64,000 bases of DNA from an uncultured Gemmatimonadales bacterium (GCA_963798085.1 CAWCRS010000009.1:64001-128000), one strand, 5' to 3'; shown: positions 30,208-40,910, counted from the stretch's first letter. Numbers and translations are program-made. Notes: generated by a model not told the origin, from the sequence alone.

Positions 30208-30430
30208 CGGAGGGATGGGCGGGCGCGAAGAGTCAACTCAATAGGCGGCTGCTCCCGCGGAGGCGTTGGAGGGGGCGGAGTCAACTCAGGAAGCGGGTGC
30301 ACCGCGAAGGGGGCGGGAGGGGCGCGAGTCAACTGAATAAGCGGCGGCACCGCGGAGGGGGTGGGAGGGGCGCGAGTCAACTGAATAAGCGGCACCGCGG
30401 AGGGCGGGAGGGCGCGAAGTCAGCGGCACT
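30208..30430. repeat. 48-bp tandem repeat, about 4.5 copies
   Basis: Core GAGTCAACT at 30230, 30278, 30326 and 30374 (exact 48-nt period); degenerate fifth copy. Confidence 0.85.
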
Positions 30431-30454
30431 GTGATCGGGTAACGGCACCGGATT

Positions 30455-30664
30455 TCGGACCGTCTTGGCATTCTTGCGTTGTGGCCGTTTCAGCGATTCC
30501 TGGGTCCCGCGCTGAAATGGCGGAGGCGGGCTTCATGGGGACGCGGGACGCGGTCGTACGCGTCCGGGACCGAAGGAAAGAATGCCAAGACGGTCCGATA
30601 AGGAGAAGGAAAGAATGCCAGGACGGTCCGATAAGGAGAAGGAAAGAATGCCAGGACGGTCCGA
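30455..30664. repeat. 33-bp tandem repeat (3 copies) plus a 21-bp inverted copy
   Basis: GAAGGAAAGAATGCCARGACGGTCCGATAAGGA at 30572, 30605 and 30638 (third copy partial); 30455-30475 is the exact reverse complement of 30578-30598. Confidence 0.9.
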
Positions 30665-30756
30665 CCAAGCAATGCGGGCAGTGAGACTGGCTCACTGCCC
30701 GCATTCTCCAGAGGCGTCGAAGGCGGCGACGTCTCCGCTCAACGCGGTGAAGAGGT

Positions 30757-32791
30757 CTATCGGGTTGCCGCGAGGTTTCTCACGGCGCTGGCGAGCATGC
30801 GGACGCGGGTGGCGTCGTGGGCGCCGCGGGCGTCGCTGTCGAGCTGTGTCGCCAGTTGCGTCAGTGCGGTCTGGCGCTGCGCGCCGCTGGCCTGCTGCGC
30901 GCCGGCGAGGGCCTGGCGCGCGGTGTTGATCCTGGCGCTGGCGAGGCCGTTGCCGCGCTCGAGCTGATCGAGGTAGGCACCGGCCAGCGCGAAGCTGGCG
31001 GGCCATACGAACTGTGGCTGACCCTGGGTGTTGAGGTAATCGAGGCGAACCGACTTTGCGGCGTCGATTTCATTCTGTGAGATGAAGGCGCTGGGCGTCA
31101 GCTCGAAGATGTCGAGGCCCCGTGCGATCTCGGAGCTGACCATCACCCCGTTGTACCAGTAGACGGACCACGAGCCGCCCATGGCCATGTGGGTCGAGTC
31201 CACCGGCCCGCGATCGAAGTAGGCGATCTCCTTCGGGTGCGCGGCATCGGTCCAGTCGAAGACCGAGATGCCGCCCTGATACCACGCCTGCACCATCACA
31301 TCGCGGCCCGGAATCGGGAATCAGCGAGCCGTTGTGCGCCACGCAGTTTTCCTCGGGGGTCTGCGGCGCGGGCATCTTGTAATAGCTGCGGAACACCATC
31401 TTGCCGTTGATCAGCTCGAAGATGGCGTCGGCGCCCCACTCATGCCGGTCGATGCTGCGGCATTTCGGCTGTCCGCCGCCGCCCCATTCGTCGGAGAACA
31501 GCAGCTTGGTGCCGTCGTTGTTGAAGGTGGCGGAGTGCCAGTAGGAGAAATTCGAATCGGCCGCGGCAGCCAGGCGCACGGGGTGTACGGGATCACGGAT
31601 GTCGAGCAGCAGGCCGTAGCCCTCGCAGGCGCCGCCGGCGAGTCCGATCGCCGGGTACAGCGTGATGTCGTGGCACTGTGTCGGCCCGGGCCGCGGGCCG
31701 GGGCCGCTCGGCTCCTCGCCGAACATGCGGGCGATCATGACAGGCAGTGCGCTGCGCAGCGCGGCGCTGTCGGCGCCGGTCGCTGGCCCGTTGCCGCTTC
31801 TCGCCTTCACGATGCTGTCGAGCATGGGGCGCACGAAGTTGTCGGGCAGGACAATCTCGGTGCCGCCGGGGATAGCGACTGTGAACGCGCCGCGGGCACG
31901 GGCCGCTGCGGCCGCTTTCGCGGAAGCCGCGACGTCCGCCGGGTTTTCGCCATGCATGGCGGGCTGCGTCAGGTCATTGAAAATGCGCGGTGAGCTGACG
32001 ATCGCGGCCTGTTCCGGGTGCGCCAGCGGCACCTTGATGACTTCAATGCGGAACTTTGCCGAGGCCGGATCCTTGTCGGGCGAAGCGTCCACGCAGCCCG
32101 GCAGCTCCGCGGCCGGGCGCACACCGGCCGAGCCCGAGATGTAGACGTAGACGTTGTCCGGGTCCTTCGGGTCGACTAACACGGAGTGCGTGTGCGAGCC
32201 GCGGCAGGTCTGCACGTTGCCCACGTTGCGCGGGTGCGCGATGTCGCTGATGTCGAAGATGCGCAGTCCGCGCAGGCGGTCCTTGCTCACGGTTTCGGGT
32301 ACGCCCTGCCCACCGCAGTCGAGACGTCCGGTCTGACCCTCGCCCGAGACAAACAGCAGGTTACGGTACACGGAGACGTCGCTCTGCGAAGCCGGGCAGT
32401 AGTACGCGGTCTCGATCACGGGATGTGCAGGATCGGAGATGTCCCAGACCTGGTAGCCGTTGTAGCTGCCCTGGATCGCGAACCTGCCGAGGAACGCCAG
32501 GTCGGAGTTGGTGGCGCCGAGGAAGCGTGCTGTCGGCTGCGTGCGCGAGAGGACGCGCACATTCCAGGTGGCCTCGGCCGCATCCATGAGGCCGGCGCGC
32601 AGGCCGACGCGCGGATCGGGGCTGGGCTCGCCGGCGGACACTACGCTCGCGGCGGGCGAAGGCGAGCGCGCCCCGCCCGATGATGCGCTCGAGCCGGCGC
32701 ACGCCGCGAGCAGGGAGCAGGCGAGCGCGCTCAACGCGAGTCTGCGTGCGCTTCGCTGCGACGATCCATTAGTCGGATACACGTGTGCCAT
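30757..32791 (-). CDS. LVIVD-repeat beta-propeller lipoprotein, frameshift near 31318
   Basis: LLAAC lipobox; NSDLAF, CRGSHTH, CHDIT, YWHSATFNNDGTK, ENCVAHNGSLIP then QAWYQGGISVFD in another frame. Confidence 0.85.
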
Positions 32792-32845
32792 GGAGAATTC
32801 CTCAGTCGGGTCAAGTGAAACGGGAAAGATCGTGGAAAAAGCCTG

Positions 32846-33532
32846 CTACGGAGAGTGCCGCTCGATCTCAATGGCGAAGAGCATGCGCTCCATCCGTGCG
32901 ATTTCCGTCGTCTGATCGACATTGACGTCGGAGGCGAACTTGAACACGAGTTCGTCCTGCCCGGCGCCGTCCGTATCGAACAGATCCTTCACCATGGCCA
33001 CAGCGCCGCGGTGGTGCTGAATCATGTACTTGAGAAACAGCCGGTCGAACTCCTGCCCGCGTGCTGCATCCAGCTCCTTCATCTGGGCATCGGTCAGCAT
33101 GCCGGGCATGCGCATGACGTGCTCCATGCCGTCCATCTGCATCTTCATGCCCGATGGGTTCGCATCAGGCACGGGCTGGTTCCGGTCGCGCAGCCACGTC
33201 TGCATGGTGCGGATCTCATCGGTCTGCGCATTGATGATGCGCTCGCACAGCGTGCGCACGGAGCTGCTGGCGCCGTGGCCGGGCGCCCATCCCGCCATCA
33301 CGAGCGCCTGCGCGTGATGGCTGATCATGCCCGACATGAAGCGGATATCGGCGGCCGTGTACGGGTAGCGTGCGCTGTCCGCGCGAGCTTTCGCTATGGC
33401 CGACGGACTGCTGGTGCCGACGGTCGCAGGCATGGGCGCGACCGGCTCCGCTGTGCGCGCGTGATGCGCGCACGACGCCCCGAGAGCGACTGGCAGCAGC
33501 ACAGTCGCGAACCGCCCGATGCGTGATACCAT
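32846..33532 (-). CDS. DUF305 (ferritin-like) lipoprotein
   Basis: FMSGMISHHAQA, QTDEI..M, MPGML, FLKYMIQHHRGA. Confidence 0.9.
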   Translation of the reverse strand: MVSRIGRFATVLLPVALGASCAHHARTAEPVAPMPATVGTSSPSAIAKARADSARYPYTAADIRFMSGMISHHAQALVMAGWAPGHGASSSVRTLCERIINAQTDEIRTMQTWLRDRNQPVPDANPSGMKMQMDGMEHVMRMPGMLTDAQMKELDAARGQEFDRLFLKYMIQHHRGAVAMVKDLFDTDGAGQDELVFKFASDVNVDQTTEIARMERMLFAIEIERHSP

Positions 33533-33728
33533 TACCGCGAAGCTTTCCCGGGGGACTGAAGTCGGCCTGGCGTTTGCGCCACCGGAAAATACGGTGAAGC
33601 AGGCCGCGAGGTAAGCGGTCCGGCCGGGGACTGTCGATTTCATGCCCCGTCATTCGACGCCTGTATGAGTCGGGGCCAGCCGATCCGATCGGCGGCGGGG
33701 CAGGAACCCACAACAATGGGAGACGGAA

Positions 33729-34154
33729 ATGCGAGTCATGGTACTGGTGAAGGCGACGAAGGAGTCAGAGGCGGGCGTGCTGCCCGACGAGAAGCTCCTG
33801 ACCGACATGGGCAAGTTCAATGAAGAGCTGGTGAATGCGGGCATCATGAAGGCCGGTGAAGGGCTCCAGCCAAGCTCGAATGGAGCACGCGTCCGCTTCT
33901 CGGGCGCCAGGCGGACCGTCATCGACGGACCGTTCGCCGAAGCGAAGGAGCTGATTGCGGGCTTCTGGCTCTGGGAAGTGAAGTCGCTGGCCGAGGCGAT
34001 CGAGTGGGTGAAGCGTTGCCCCAACCCGATGGACGGCGACTCGGAAATCGAGATCCGGCCCGTTTTCGAGGCCGAGGACCTCGGCGAGGGCTTCACGCCC
34101 GAGTTGCGCGAACAGGAAGAAAAGCTGCGCGCCAGAGTGGCCCAGGCGAAGTAG
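33729..34154 (+). CDS. YciI/DGPF family protein
   Basis: VIDGPFAEAKELIAGFW. Confidence 0.92.
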   Translation: MRVMVLVKATKESEAGVLPDEKLLTDMGKFNEELVNAGIMKAGEGLQPSSNGARVRFSGARRTVIDGPFAEAKELIAGFWLWEVKSLAEAIEWVKRCPNPMDGDSEIEIRPVFEAEDLGEGFTPELREQEEKLRARVAQAK

Positions 34155-34372
34155 TCCGCGGTTCAGGCGAAATGGCGCACGGGCGGCGAGATTGGACTGG
34201 CCCGGGCGATTAGTAGTCTGCAGACAAGCAAAGTGGCGCACGCGCGGCGAGGCCCGCCAGTTGGACGAAGCCGTACTGCTGCGAGCCAGGCCAGGCGAGG
34301 GAGTGATCCGCGCGCCCGGTCAGCGATTTCCGATGGGTGCGCCGCGCCTGCTCCGTTACGCGCGAGCAGGCC

Positions 34373-34655
34373 TCAATCGCGGGGCGGTTCCTGTAGCGGA
34401 GCCCGTTCTACTCCTGGAGCGGGAGGGAGGTCAGCCGGGGCCGCCGGTTGCAAATGCGCTGCCTCCTCCCGGATGATGTCGTTGCACAGATCCACGCAGT
34501 TGTCGCAGATGCATGCGCGTGGGCCGGAGATGAGCTTCTTCACCTCCGACTTCGATCGACCGCAGAAGGAACAGTAGTGAAAGAGGTGTCTCGCAGGCAC
34601 GGGACTCCTTGGGTCCGGGGGTTCGGCGCTTCGGAGCGGGGTCCGTCGATGACAC
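34373..34655 (-). CDS. Stand-alone ClpX C4-type zinc finger protein (start uncertain, possible frameshift near 34585)
   Basis: [35 protein letters not shown] with no AAA+ domain. Confidence 0.65.
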
Positions 34656-34673
34656 CGCCCTGCGGCAGCGAGC

Positions 34674-35297
34674 TCATGGAAGCGGGTCGCTGTCGGGCGT
34701 GTCGGAGGCGAGCATACCGCCCACACTCGCGCCCATGAGGTAAAGGGTTCCTGGCAGTATAAAGGATTGTAGCGGCAAACCGCCAACCGCGAAGTTCGCG
34801 CCCACCCCAAACGCGCCCCACAGCCCTAACAGCTCGGTTTGGAATTCGCGCACCGTTCCGCGCGAGCGGTGACGCCGGATCAGGTCCAGCGAGCGGGCCA
34901 CCATCAGGCTCAGGGTGGCGATCACACCGATTCCCGCGCCCGGGGCACGATAAGCGAAGAAAGCGGTGGCCACGCCCAGGACGAGGCCGGACGTGGCGAG
35001 ACGCAGCACGCGAATCCAGCGGTCCCGCGTGGACTGGGCGGGGAGAGTTCGGGCGGCAGCGTCCGCTGTAAGGTCATGCCCAGTCCGGCCGGCATGGGCG
35101 GGCTGCTGCGACAACTCGACCATGGCCTGCTGCACCGCTTCCTGCGAGATGCCGGCTTCCTGCGCCACCTTCCACAGCTCTTCCGCGCTGAGCGCGGCAC
35201 TGCGAAGAGCATCCAGCTCTGAAGCGCGACTCAGGACCTGGCGAACTTCAGCTTCCGATAGAAGCCGATCCGGGGGAATCCGCCCACTCAGCGACAT
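34674..35297 (-). CDS. Hypothetical membrane protein
   Basis: Helical N-terminal domain ([13 protein letters not shown]...EAGIS) followed by about 4 hydrophobic segments. Confidence 0.6.
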   Translation of the reverse strand: MSLSGRIPPDRLLSEAEVRQVLSRASELDALRSAALSAEELWKVAQEAGISQEAVQQAMVELSQQPAHAGRTGHDLTADAAARTLPAQSTRDRWIRVLRLATSGLVLGVATAFFAYRAPGAGIGVIATLSLMVARSLDLIRRHRSRGTVREFQTELLGLWGAFGVGANFAVGGLPLQSFILPGTLYLMGASVGGMLASDTPDSDPLP

Positions 35298-35368
35298 GGC
35301 CCACCTGCGGCAGAGTGCAAACGGCAGGAACTACTACATTCATAAGGAACAACCGGGGCGCGTAATCG

Positions 35369-36180
35369 TCAAGCCTGCCGGTCCGCTAGCACCCCCCGGC
35401 TGGCCCGCGCGCCGGACGCCAGCCGGCCGGAGTCCAGCTGCACGCGCGGCCACTTGTCCAGGGCGCCGGCGTTGATGCCGCCCGCCGGGTCCACGTTGTC
35501 GTTGGCGAAGGGCTGTACCGGCTGCACCCGACCGTCTACGCGGGCGTGCCGCAACGCAGTGTTAGCGCCACTGCCGCCCATCGAGCCGCGGTCGTTGCTC
35601 TCGTCCATGCCGACGCGCGCCATGATGCGCTGCGCGATGAAGTCCTCCCACGTCTGGCCCGACACCGCCTCGATCACCTCGCCGGCCACGCCGTAGAGCA
35701 CGTTGTCGTAGGCGCAGGCGCTGCGGAAGCTGGTGGCCAGCGGGATGTACTGCAGGCGGCGCACGATCTCCTTGCGGTCCAGCGTCGACGGCGGCCACCA
35801 CAGCAGGTCGCCGGCGCCCAGACCAAGGCCGCTGCGGTGGACCAGCAGGTCGCGCACCTGCAGCTGGCTGGTCACACAGGGATCCGACAGGCGGAACCAG
35901 GGCAGATACCGGATGACGGGCGCGTCCCACTGCAGCTTGCCTTCTTCCACCAGCAGGCCCAGGGCCGTGGCCGTGAAGGCCCTGGTGTTGGAGGCAATGC
36001 CAAACAGCGTGTTTGCGTCGACCGGCGAGGCGCCGCCCAGACGGCGCACGCCGTAACTCTTCGCCAGCACCAGCTGCCCGTCCTTCACGATGGCCAGCGA
36101 CAGTCCCGGCCCCTCGAACGTGCGCATCACCTCGGCGACGTAGGCGTCGAGACCGGGCGGCGGCTCCGGTCCTGAGAATG
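35369..36180 (-). pseudogene. Serine hydrolase (beta-lactamase family) remnant
   Basis: PGLSLAIVKDG, DLLVHRSGL, YDN motifs; SxxK reads SNTR; no signal peptide or start, and the C-terminal half is missing. Confidence 0.7.
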
Positions 36181-36309
36181 GACTCGCCGTGCGGCGGTAT
36201 CGGATTGCGCGACAAAGCCGCTCCGGGTTGCCTGCGCCTCGTCCGGCACGCGGCAGGCGCCGGCCGCTGCAGCTTTCACCGGCGCTGGACCGGCGTTGTC
36301 GCATACCCC

Positions 36310-36340
36310 TTGCTCCTCACGTAACGTAAGGTCTTAACCT
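36310..36340 (+). promoter_or_regulatory. MerR/TipA-type promoter-operator
   Basis: TTGCTC, 19-nt spacer, TAACCT; dyad CCTCACGT-A-ACGTAAGG at 36315-36331. Confidence 0.8.
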
Positions 36341-36398
36341 CGAACGCACACGATGGCATGTGCGATACGCGGGACCACCACACACCAGGAGCCGGGTC

Positions 36399-37136
36399 GT
36401 GCAGAGCTGGAAGGTAGGCGAGCTGGCGAAGCGGACCGGTCTCACGGTGCGAACGCTGCACCACTACGACGAGATCGGGTTGCTGCGGCCGTCGCAGCGT
36501 TCGCGGACGGGGCACCGGCTGTACGACGAGACCGACGTCGAGCGGCTCCAGCGCATTGCATTGCTGCGGCACCTGGGTTTTTCGCTGGATCAGGTGGCGG
36601 CGGTGCTGGACGGACCGCAGGGCACGCTGGAGCGCGTGCTGGAGCGGCAGGTCGCGCATCTGCGCGACGTGATCGCGGTGGAGTCCGAGCTGTGCGACCG
36701 CGTGCAGCACATGACGCAGTGGCTGCGATCGAACGGGACGGTCTCGGTCGACGCGTTGCTCGAATTGATGGAGCGCATGATGAAAGCGGAGAGCTACTAC
36801 ACACCGGAGCAGCTGGAGTACCTGAAGGAGCGGCGCCAGCAGATCGGCGAGGTGCGCATGCAGGAGGCGGCCGGCGACTGGGAGAAACTGATTGCCGAAG
36901 TACGCGCCGCCATGAACGCGGGTACGGACCCGACCAGCCCCGCGGTGCAGGCACTGGGCAGGCGCTGGATGTCACTGGTGCACGAGTTCACCGGTGGCAA
37001 CACTGGCGTTAACCAGTCGCTGAATCGCTTCTATGGCGACATGCTCGAGCAGCCTGGCGGTTTTTCGGGCATTGACCAGGCGATGGCCGCGTACATCGGG
37101 AAGGCCATGAAGGCGGCCCGGGAGGCTGCTGAGTAA
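36399..37136 (+). CDS. MerR family regulator with TipAS-like effector domain
   Basis: WKVGELAKRTGLTVRTLHHYDEIGLL; DPTSPAVQALGRRW. Confidence 0.92.
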   Translation: MQSWKVGELAKRTGLTVRTLHHYDEIGLLRPSQRSRTGHRLYDETDVERLQRIALLRHLGFSLDQVAAVLDGPQGTLERVLERQVAHLRDVIAVESELCDRVQHMTQWLRSNGTVSVDALLELMERMMKAESYYTPEQLEYLKERRQQIGEVRMQEAAGDWEKLIAEVRAAMNAGTDPTSPAVQALGRRWMSLVHEFTGGNTGVNQSLNRFYGDMLEQPGGFSGIDQAMAAYIGKAMKAAREAAE

Positions 37137-37310
37137 CATCGTATTAGCAGGGCCCGGGCTGGGGCCGGGGCTGAGGGCGAATATCGGTTGGCCGGCGGCG
37201 GGCGACGCCGGGGCGACCGGGTAGCGTCAGTCCCCGGCCCGCCCGCCCACGTGGTGTTACCGCCATGGCGTGCTCGCCTGGCGACCGCGGTTCCGGTATC
37301 TTGCGCTGCC

Positions 37311-40166
37311 GTGAGCGACTTTCAGACCCGACTGCAAGACACGCTGGGCAGCGCGTATCGCATCGAGCGAGAGCTCGGCGGCGGGGGGATGAGTCGCCTG
37401 TTTCTCGCGCACGAGGCCACGCTCCACCGCCAGGTGGTCGTAAAAGTGTTGCCGCCCGAGCTGGCCAGCGACATGAGCGTGGCGCGGTTCAAGCAGGAAA
37501 TCGAGCTGGCGGCGCAGCTGCAGCATCCCCACATCGTACCGGTTCTCGGGGCGGCATCGGGCAACGATCTGTTGTACTACATCCTGCCCTACCTGCCCGA
37601 CGAGTCCCTGCGGCACCGCCTGGACCGCGAGGGCCGGCTGCCCGTGGCCGCGGCCATGGTAATCCTCAATGACATCGCCGATGCGCTGGCGTACGCACAC
37701 GCGCGCGGCGTCATCCATCGCGACCTCAAGCCTGAAAACATCCTGCTGGCCGCGGATCATGCCGTGCTCACGGACTTCGGCGTGGCGCGCGCGCTGGCGG
37801 AGGCGCGGTCGGGCGGGCAAATGACGACTAGTGGTTTCATCGTGGGCACGCCCGGTTACATGTCGCCGGAGCAGGCCGCGGGCGAGCGGCGGATCGATGA
37901 GCGTGCCGACATCTACGCTCTTGGCGTGTCCGGCTACGAGATGCTCGCGGGTGCGCCTCCATTCGAGGGCGCAACCGCGGCCGCGCTGCTCGCGGCACAC
38001 CTCACCCGCACCCCGAAGCCGTTGCACGAAGTCCGGCCCGAGGTTCCGCGTCACGTGAGCGCGGCCATTCAGCGCGCGCTCGCCAAGGAGCCTGCGCAAC
38101 GCTTTCAGAACGCGAGCGAGCTACGCCGTGCGCTTTCGCCAGACCGGTCCCGTCGGGCCTCGCCAGGAATCCGGCCTGCACGCTGGATCACCGCGTTGCT
38201 CGGGCTTGCGGTCGCGGTGACGGCGGGAAGCACGGCGTACTCGCTGCTGCACGGGCGGAAGGCCGCGCGCCTGGACGCGAACCTGATTGCGATTGCGCCG
38301 TTCAATGTGCTGGACCCGCAGCTCCAGCTTTGGCGCGAAGGGATGGTCGACCTGCTGGCGCGCAACCTGGACGGAGCCGGGCCGCTGCGCACCGTGCCGC
38401 CGACGCTTTCCATTCGACGTTTCCACGGGCGGGCGGACCCGCTCTCGGCGCAGGCGTTGGGCAACACATCCGGAGCCAGGCTCGCGGTGTTCGGGACACT
38501 CGTGCGCTCGGGACAGGACTCGGTCCGCATTACAGCAAGCATCATCGACGTGGCCAGCCGTGGCAGCCTCGGCGAAGTCGAGTTGCGCGGTGCCACGGAT
38601 CGACTGGATGCGCTGGTCGATTCGGTCACTCTCGGTCTGCTGCGCGAGCTGGGGCGCACACACGCCATCGGCGCCGCGCGGCTGGCTTCGCTCGGCTCAC
38701 GCTCGCTGCCCGCGCTCAAGCTGTTCCTGCAAGGCGAGCAGTTTTTCCGCCGCGCCGTGTGGGATTCCGCGCTCGTCTATGAAGAACGCGCCATCGCCAG
38801 CGACAGCAATTTCACGCTCGCGCTGCGCCGTGCGGGACTGTCGATTCAATGGGCGCGCACCAACATGGATTCCGTCGGTCGCGCCTACCTTGCCCGGGCG
38901 GGTGCGTTGAATCACGGGCTGGCGCCGCGCGACAGTGTGCTGGTTGCGGCCGACTCCGTGGCCAGCTCGATCTGGTCGCTGCGTGGCGATCTCCCATGGT
39001 GGCGTGATGTGCGGCGTCTGCTTACGACGCTCGAGAACGCCACGGCCCGCTACCCCGACGATCCGCAGATCTGGTACGAGCTGGCCGACGCGCGCGGGCA
39101 CTGGGCCTATGTCCCCGGCGCCCAGCTGCCGCTGTCCGAAATCGTCCGCACGTTCGACCGCGCCATCGCGCTCGACAGCGCCTTCGCGCCCGCATACTAC
39201 GACGCTATCCCGCTGACACTCGACATAGGCGACTCGGTGGCCGCACGCCGTGATATGTCGCGTTATCTCGCACTCTCGCCCACGGCCGTACAGGGGCCGG
39301 GACTGCGCCTGGCCGCCGAACTGCTGGACGCGCCGAAGCAGGCGCCCGACGCTGTCACGCGCGTGCTGGCCAATGCCTCGGAAGCGGCACTCTATGATGG
39401 CGCGGCCGTGCTGGGCCGCTGGCCCGACTCGGCCGAAGTGGCCGTGCAGATCATGCAGGAGCGGATCAGACGCGGCCTGCCCGTGTCGCCTGCGTGGCAT
39501 CTGCTGCGCGGACATCTGCGCGAGGCGGCGGAACTGCTGCGCAACCGTCGGCGCAGCCTTCGGGAGGAGGGCATTCAGCTGGCGATGCTGGGTGGCTCCA
39601 CGGAAGCGGCAGTGCGAACGGCGCGCGACTGGATCGCCGGGCCGACGCCGTCCTACTCGCTCGCGCTCGCCTGGTGGGCCATGGCGCACGACACCGCGTC
39701 GCTGCGCGCGGCGGTGGGTCGGGCCGACTCTACGGTGAAGGCGGCGACGTCGAGCTGGGCCGGGGACATCGCCCGCTACACGGCCGTCAGCGCGCGCGCC
39801 TGGCTGGCGCTGGCCCGCAGTGACACGGCAGAAGCCGTGCGTGTATTCGATACCGTGCCGGACACGATGTGCGCCTGGTGCTACATGATGGACGCCTGGC
39901 CGCGCGCCCGCCTGCTGGCCGCCGCCGGCCGACTGCAGGACGCCGCCGCGCTGCTCGAGGTCCAGCCCGCCGAATGGATGAACCCCATCGACATCGCGCG
40001 CGTGCTCGACCGGGCGCGCGTCCACGAACGACTCGGCAACCGTGCGCGCGCCCGCTCCGAATACACCTTCGTGGCGAACGCGTGGCGCAACGCGGACCCG
40101 GAACTGCAGCCCCTGGTGGCAGAAGCCAGAGCCGGCGCAGAGCGGTTGCGGGGTGCACTGCGTTGA
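37311..40166 (+). CDS. Ser/Thr protein kinase with TM, TolB-like and TPR regions
   Basis: ELGGGGMS, VVVK, HRDLKPEN, DFG, GTPGYMSPEQ, DIYALG; C-terminal WRNADPELQP. Confidence 0.92.
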   Translation: MSDFQTRLQDTLGSAYRIERELGGGGMSRLFLAHEATLHRQVVVKVLPPELASDMSVARFKQEIELAAQLQHPHIVPVLGAASGNDLLYYILPYLPDESLRHRLDREGRLPVAAAMVILNDIADALAYAHARGVIHRDLKPENILLAADHAVLTDFGVARALAEARSGGQMTTSGFIVGTPGYMSPEQAAGERRIDERADIYALGVSGYEMLAGAPPFEGATAAALLAAHLTRTPKPLHEVRPEVPRHVSAAIQRALAKEPAQRFQNASELRRALSPDRSRRASPGIRPARWITALLGLAVAVTAGSTAYSLLHGRKAARLDANLIAIAPFNVLDPQLQLWREGMVDLLARNLDGAGPLRTVPPTLSIRRFHGRADPLSAQALGNTSGARLAVFGTLVRSGQDSVRITASIIDVASRGSLGEVELRGATDRLDALVDSVTLGLLRELGRTHAIGAARLASLGSRSLPALKLFLQGEQFFRRAVWDSALVYEERAIASDSNFTLALRRAGLSIQWARTNMDSVGRAYLARAGALNHGLAPRDSVLVAADSVASSIWSLRGDLPWWRDVRRLLTTLENATARYPDDPQIWYELADARGHWAYVPGAQLPLSEIVRTFDRAIALDSAFAPAYYDAIPLTLDIGDSVAARRDMSRYLALSPTAVQGPGLRLAAELLDAPKQAPDAVTRVLANASEAALYDGAAVLGRWPDSAEVAVQIMQERIRRGLPVSPAWHLLRGHLREAAELLRNRRRSLREEGIQLAMLGGSTEAAVRTARDWIAGPTPSYSLALAWWAMAHDTASLRAAVGRADSTVKAATSSWAGDIARYTAVSARAWLALARSDTAEAVRVFDTVPDTMCAWCYMMDAWPRARLLAAAGRLQDAAALLEVQPAEWMNPIDIARVLDRARVHERLGNRARARSEYTFVANAWRNADPELQPLVAEARAGAERLRGALR

Positions 40167-40174
40167 CATGCAGC

Positions 40175-40309
40175 GGCGTTGCCGGGGCTGGGGCCCGGGC
40201 TCGGGCCGGGAACTCACGAGTCTTCCCCCGCTTCAGTTGGAGACGTAGTTCAGATCCGCCGGAAGCCGTTCCCCAGCAACCAGCCCGAGCAACCAGCCCC
40301 AGCAACGCC
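40175..40309. repeat. Inverted-repeat element of the CCCCAGCAAC family
   Basis: ggcgttgccggggctgg...ccagccccagcaacgcc between convergent genes. Confidence 0.7.
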
Positions 40310-40322
40310 TTTCAGGCTGTTC

Positions 40323-40910
40323 CTACCGCCCACCCGCCGCGGCCAGAACGAACTTGAGGACCGCCACCGGCACGTCCGTACCGGCGACGAACCGCAACAC
40401 CTCGTTAGCCGCCGGCCGGCCGTTGACTTCGACGAAGATGTGGTTGAGCGGCACGGAAATCCCAATGCGGGATACGCCGCGAATGCGGCTGACGGGGCGC
40501 AGCACGCGCAGCCAGCTGGACAGCTGGGTCCACGTGTACTCGCCATGCTGCACGAGCACGCTGGCGTCGCGGCCGCAGCGGTTGGATTCCACGTAGCGGC
40601 GCAGGTACGGCGAGAGCACGTCCTTCGCCAGCTCGCTCTGCTCGAGATCCGTCAGCACCACGTTCAGGTTGCAGGCGCGGTCGAACCAGAAGCCGCCGAA
40701 GCCGGGAATCTCGGCCGACAGCTTGTCGAACAGCGAGCCATCCGGATCGCCGGCGTCCAGCGCCGCGAGATCGAGTGTGCCGCCTGCCGCAAGGTCTGCC
40801 GTGGCCAGTGCCGGCTCCTCCGGCGCTACCAGCGAGGGATTGTCCCTGCAGGCTCCGAGCATGGGCCCCAATACCAGCACCAGTGCCAGGGTCGTCGTGC
40901 GCGTTTTCAT
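40323..40910 (-). CDS. Hypothetical lipoprotein
   Basis: MKTRTTTLALVLVLGPMLGAC; GGAGG RBS; EIPGFGGFWFD. Confidence 0.75.
   Translation of the reverse strand: MKTRTTTLALVLVLGPMLGACRDNPSLVAPEEPALATADLAAGGTLDLAALDAGDPDGSLFDKLSAEIPGFGGFWFDRACNLNVVLTDLEQSELAKDVLSPYLRRYVESNRCGRDASVLVQHGEYTWTQLSSWLRVLRPVSRIRGVSRIGISVPLNHIFVEVNGRPAANEVLRFVAGTDVPVAVLKFVLAAAGGR

Noticed and set aside
30208..30664. CRISPR array
   Set aside because: Repeats are tandem with no unique spacers, and there are no cas genes in the window.
30420..30704. Small peptide with (GPSWHSFLLLI)x3 repeats as a RiPP precursor
   Set aside because: It follows simply from the 33-bp DNA repeat; no clear RBS or modifying enzymes nearby, and the inverted copy points to DNA-level structure.
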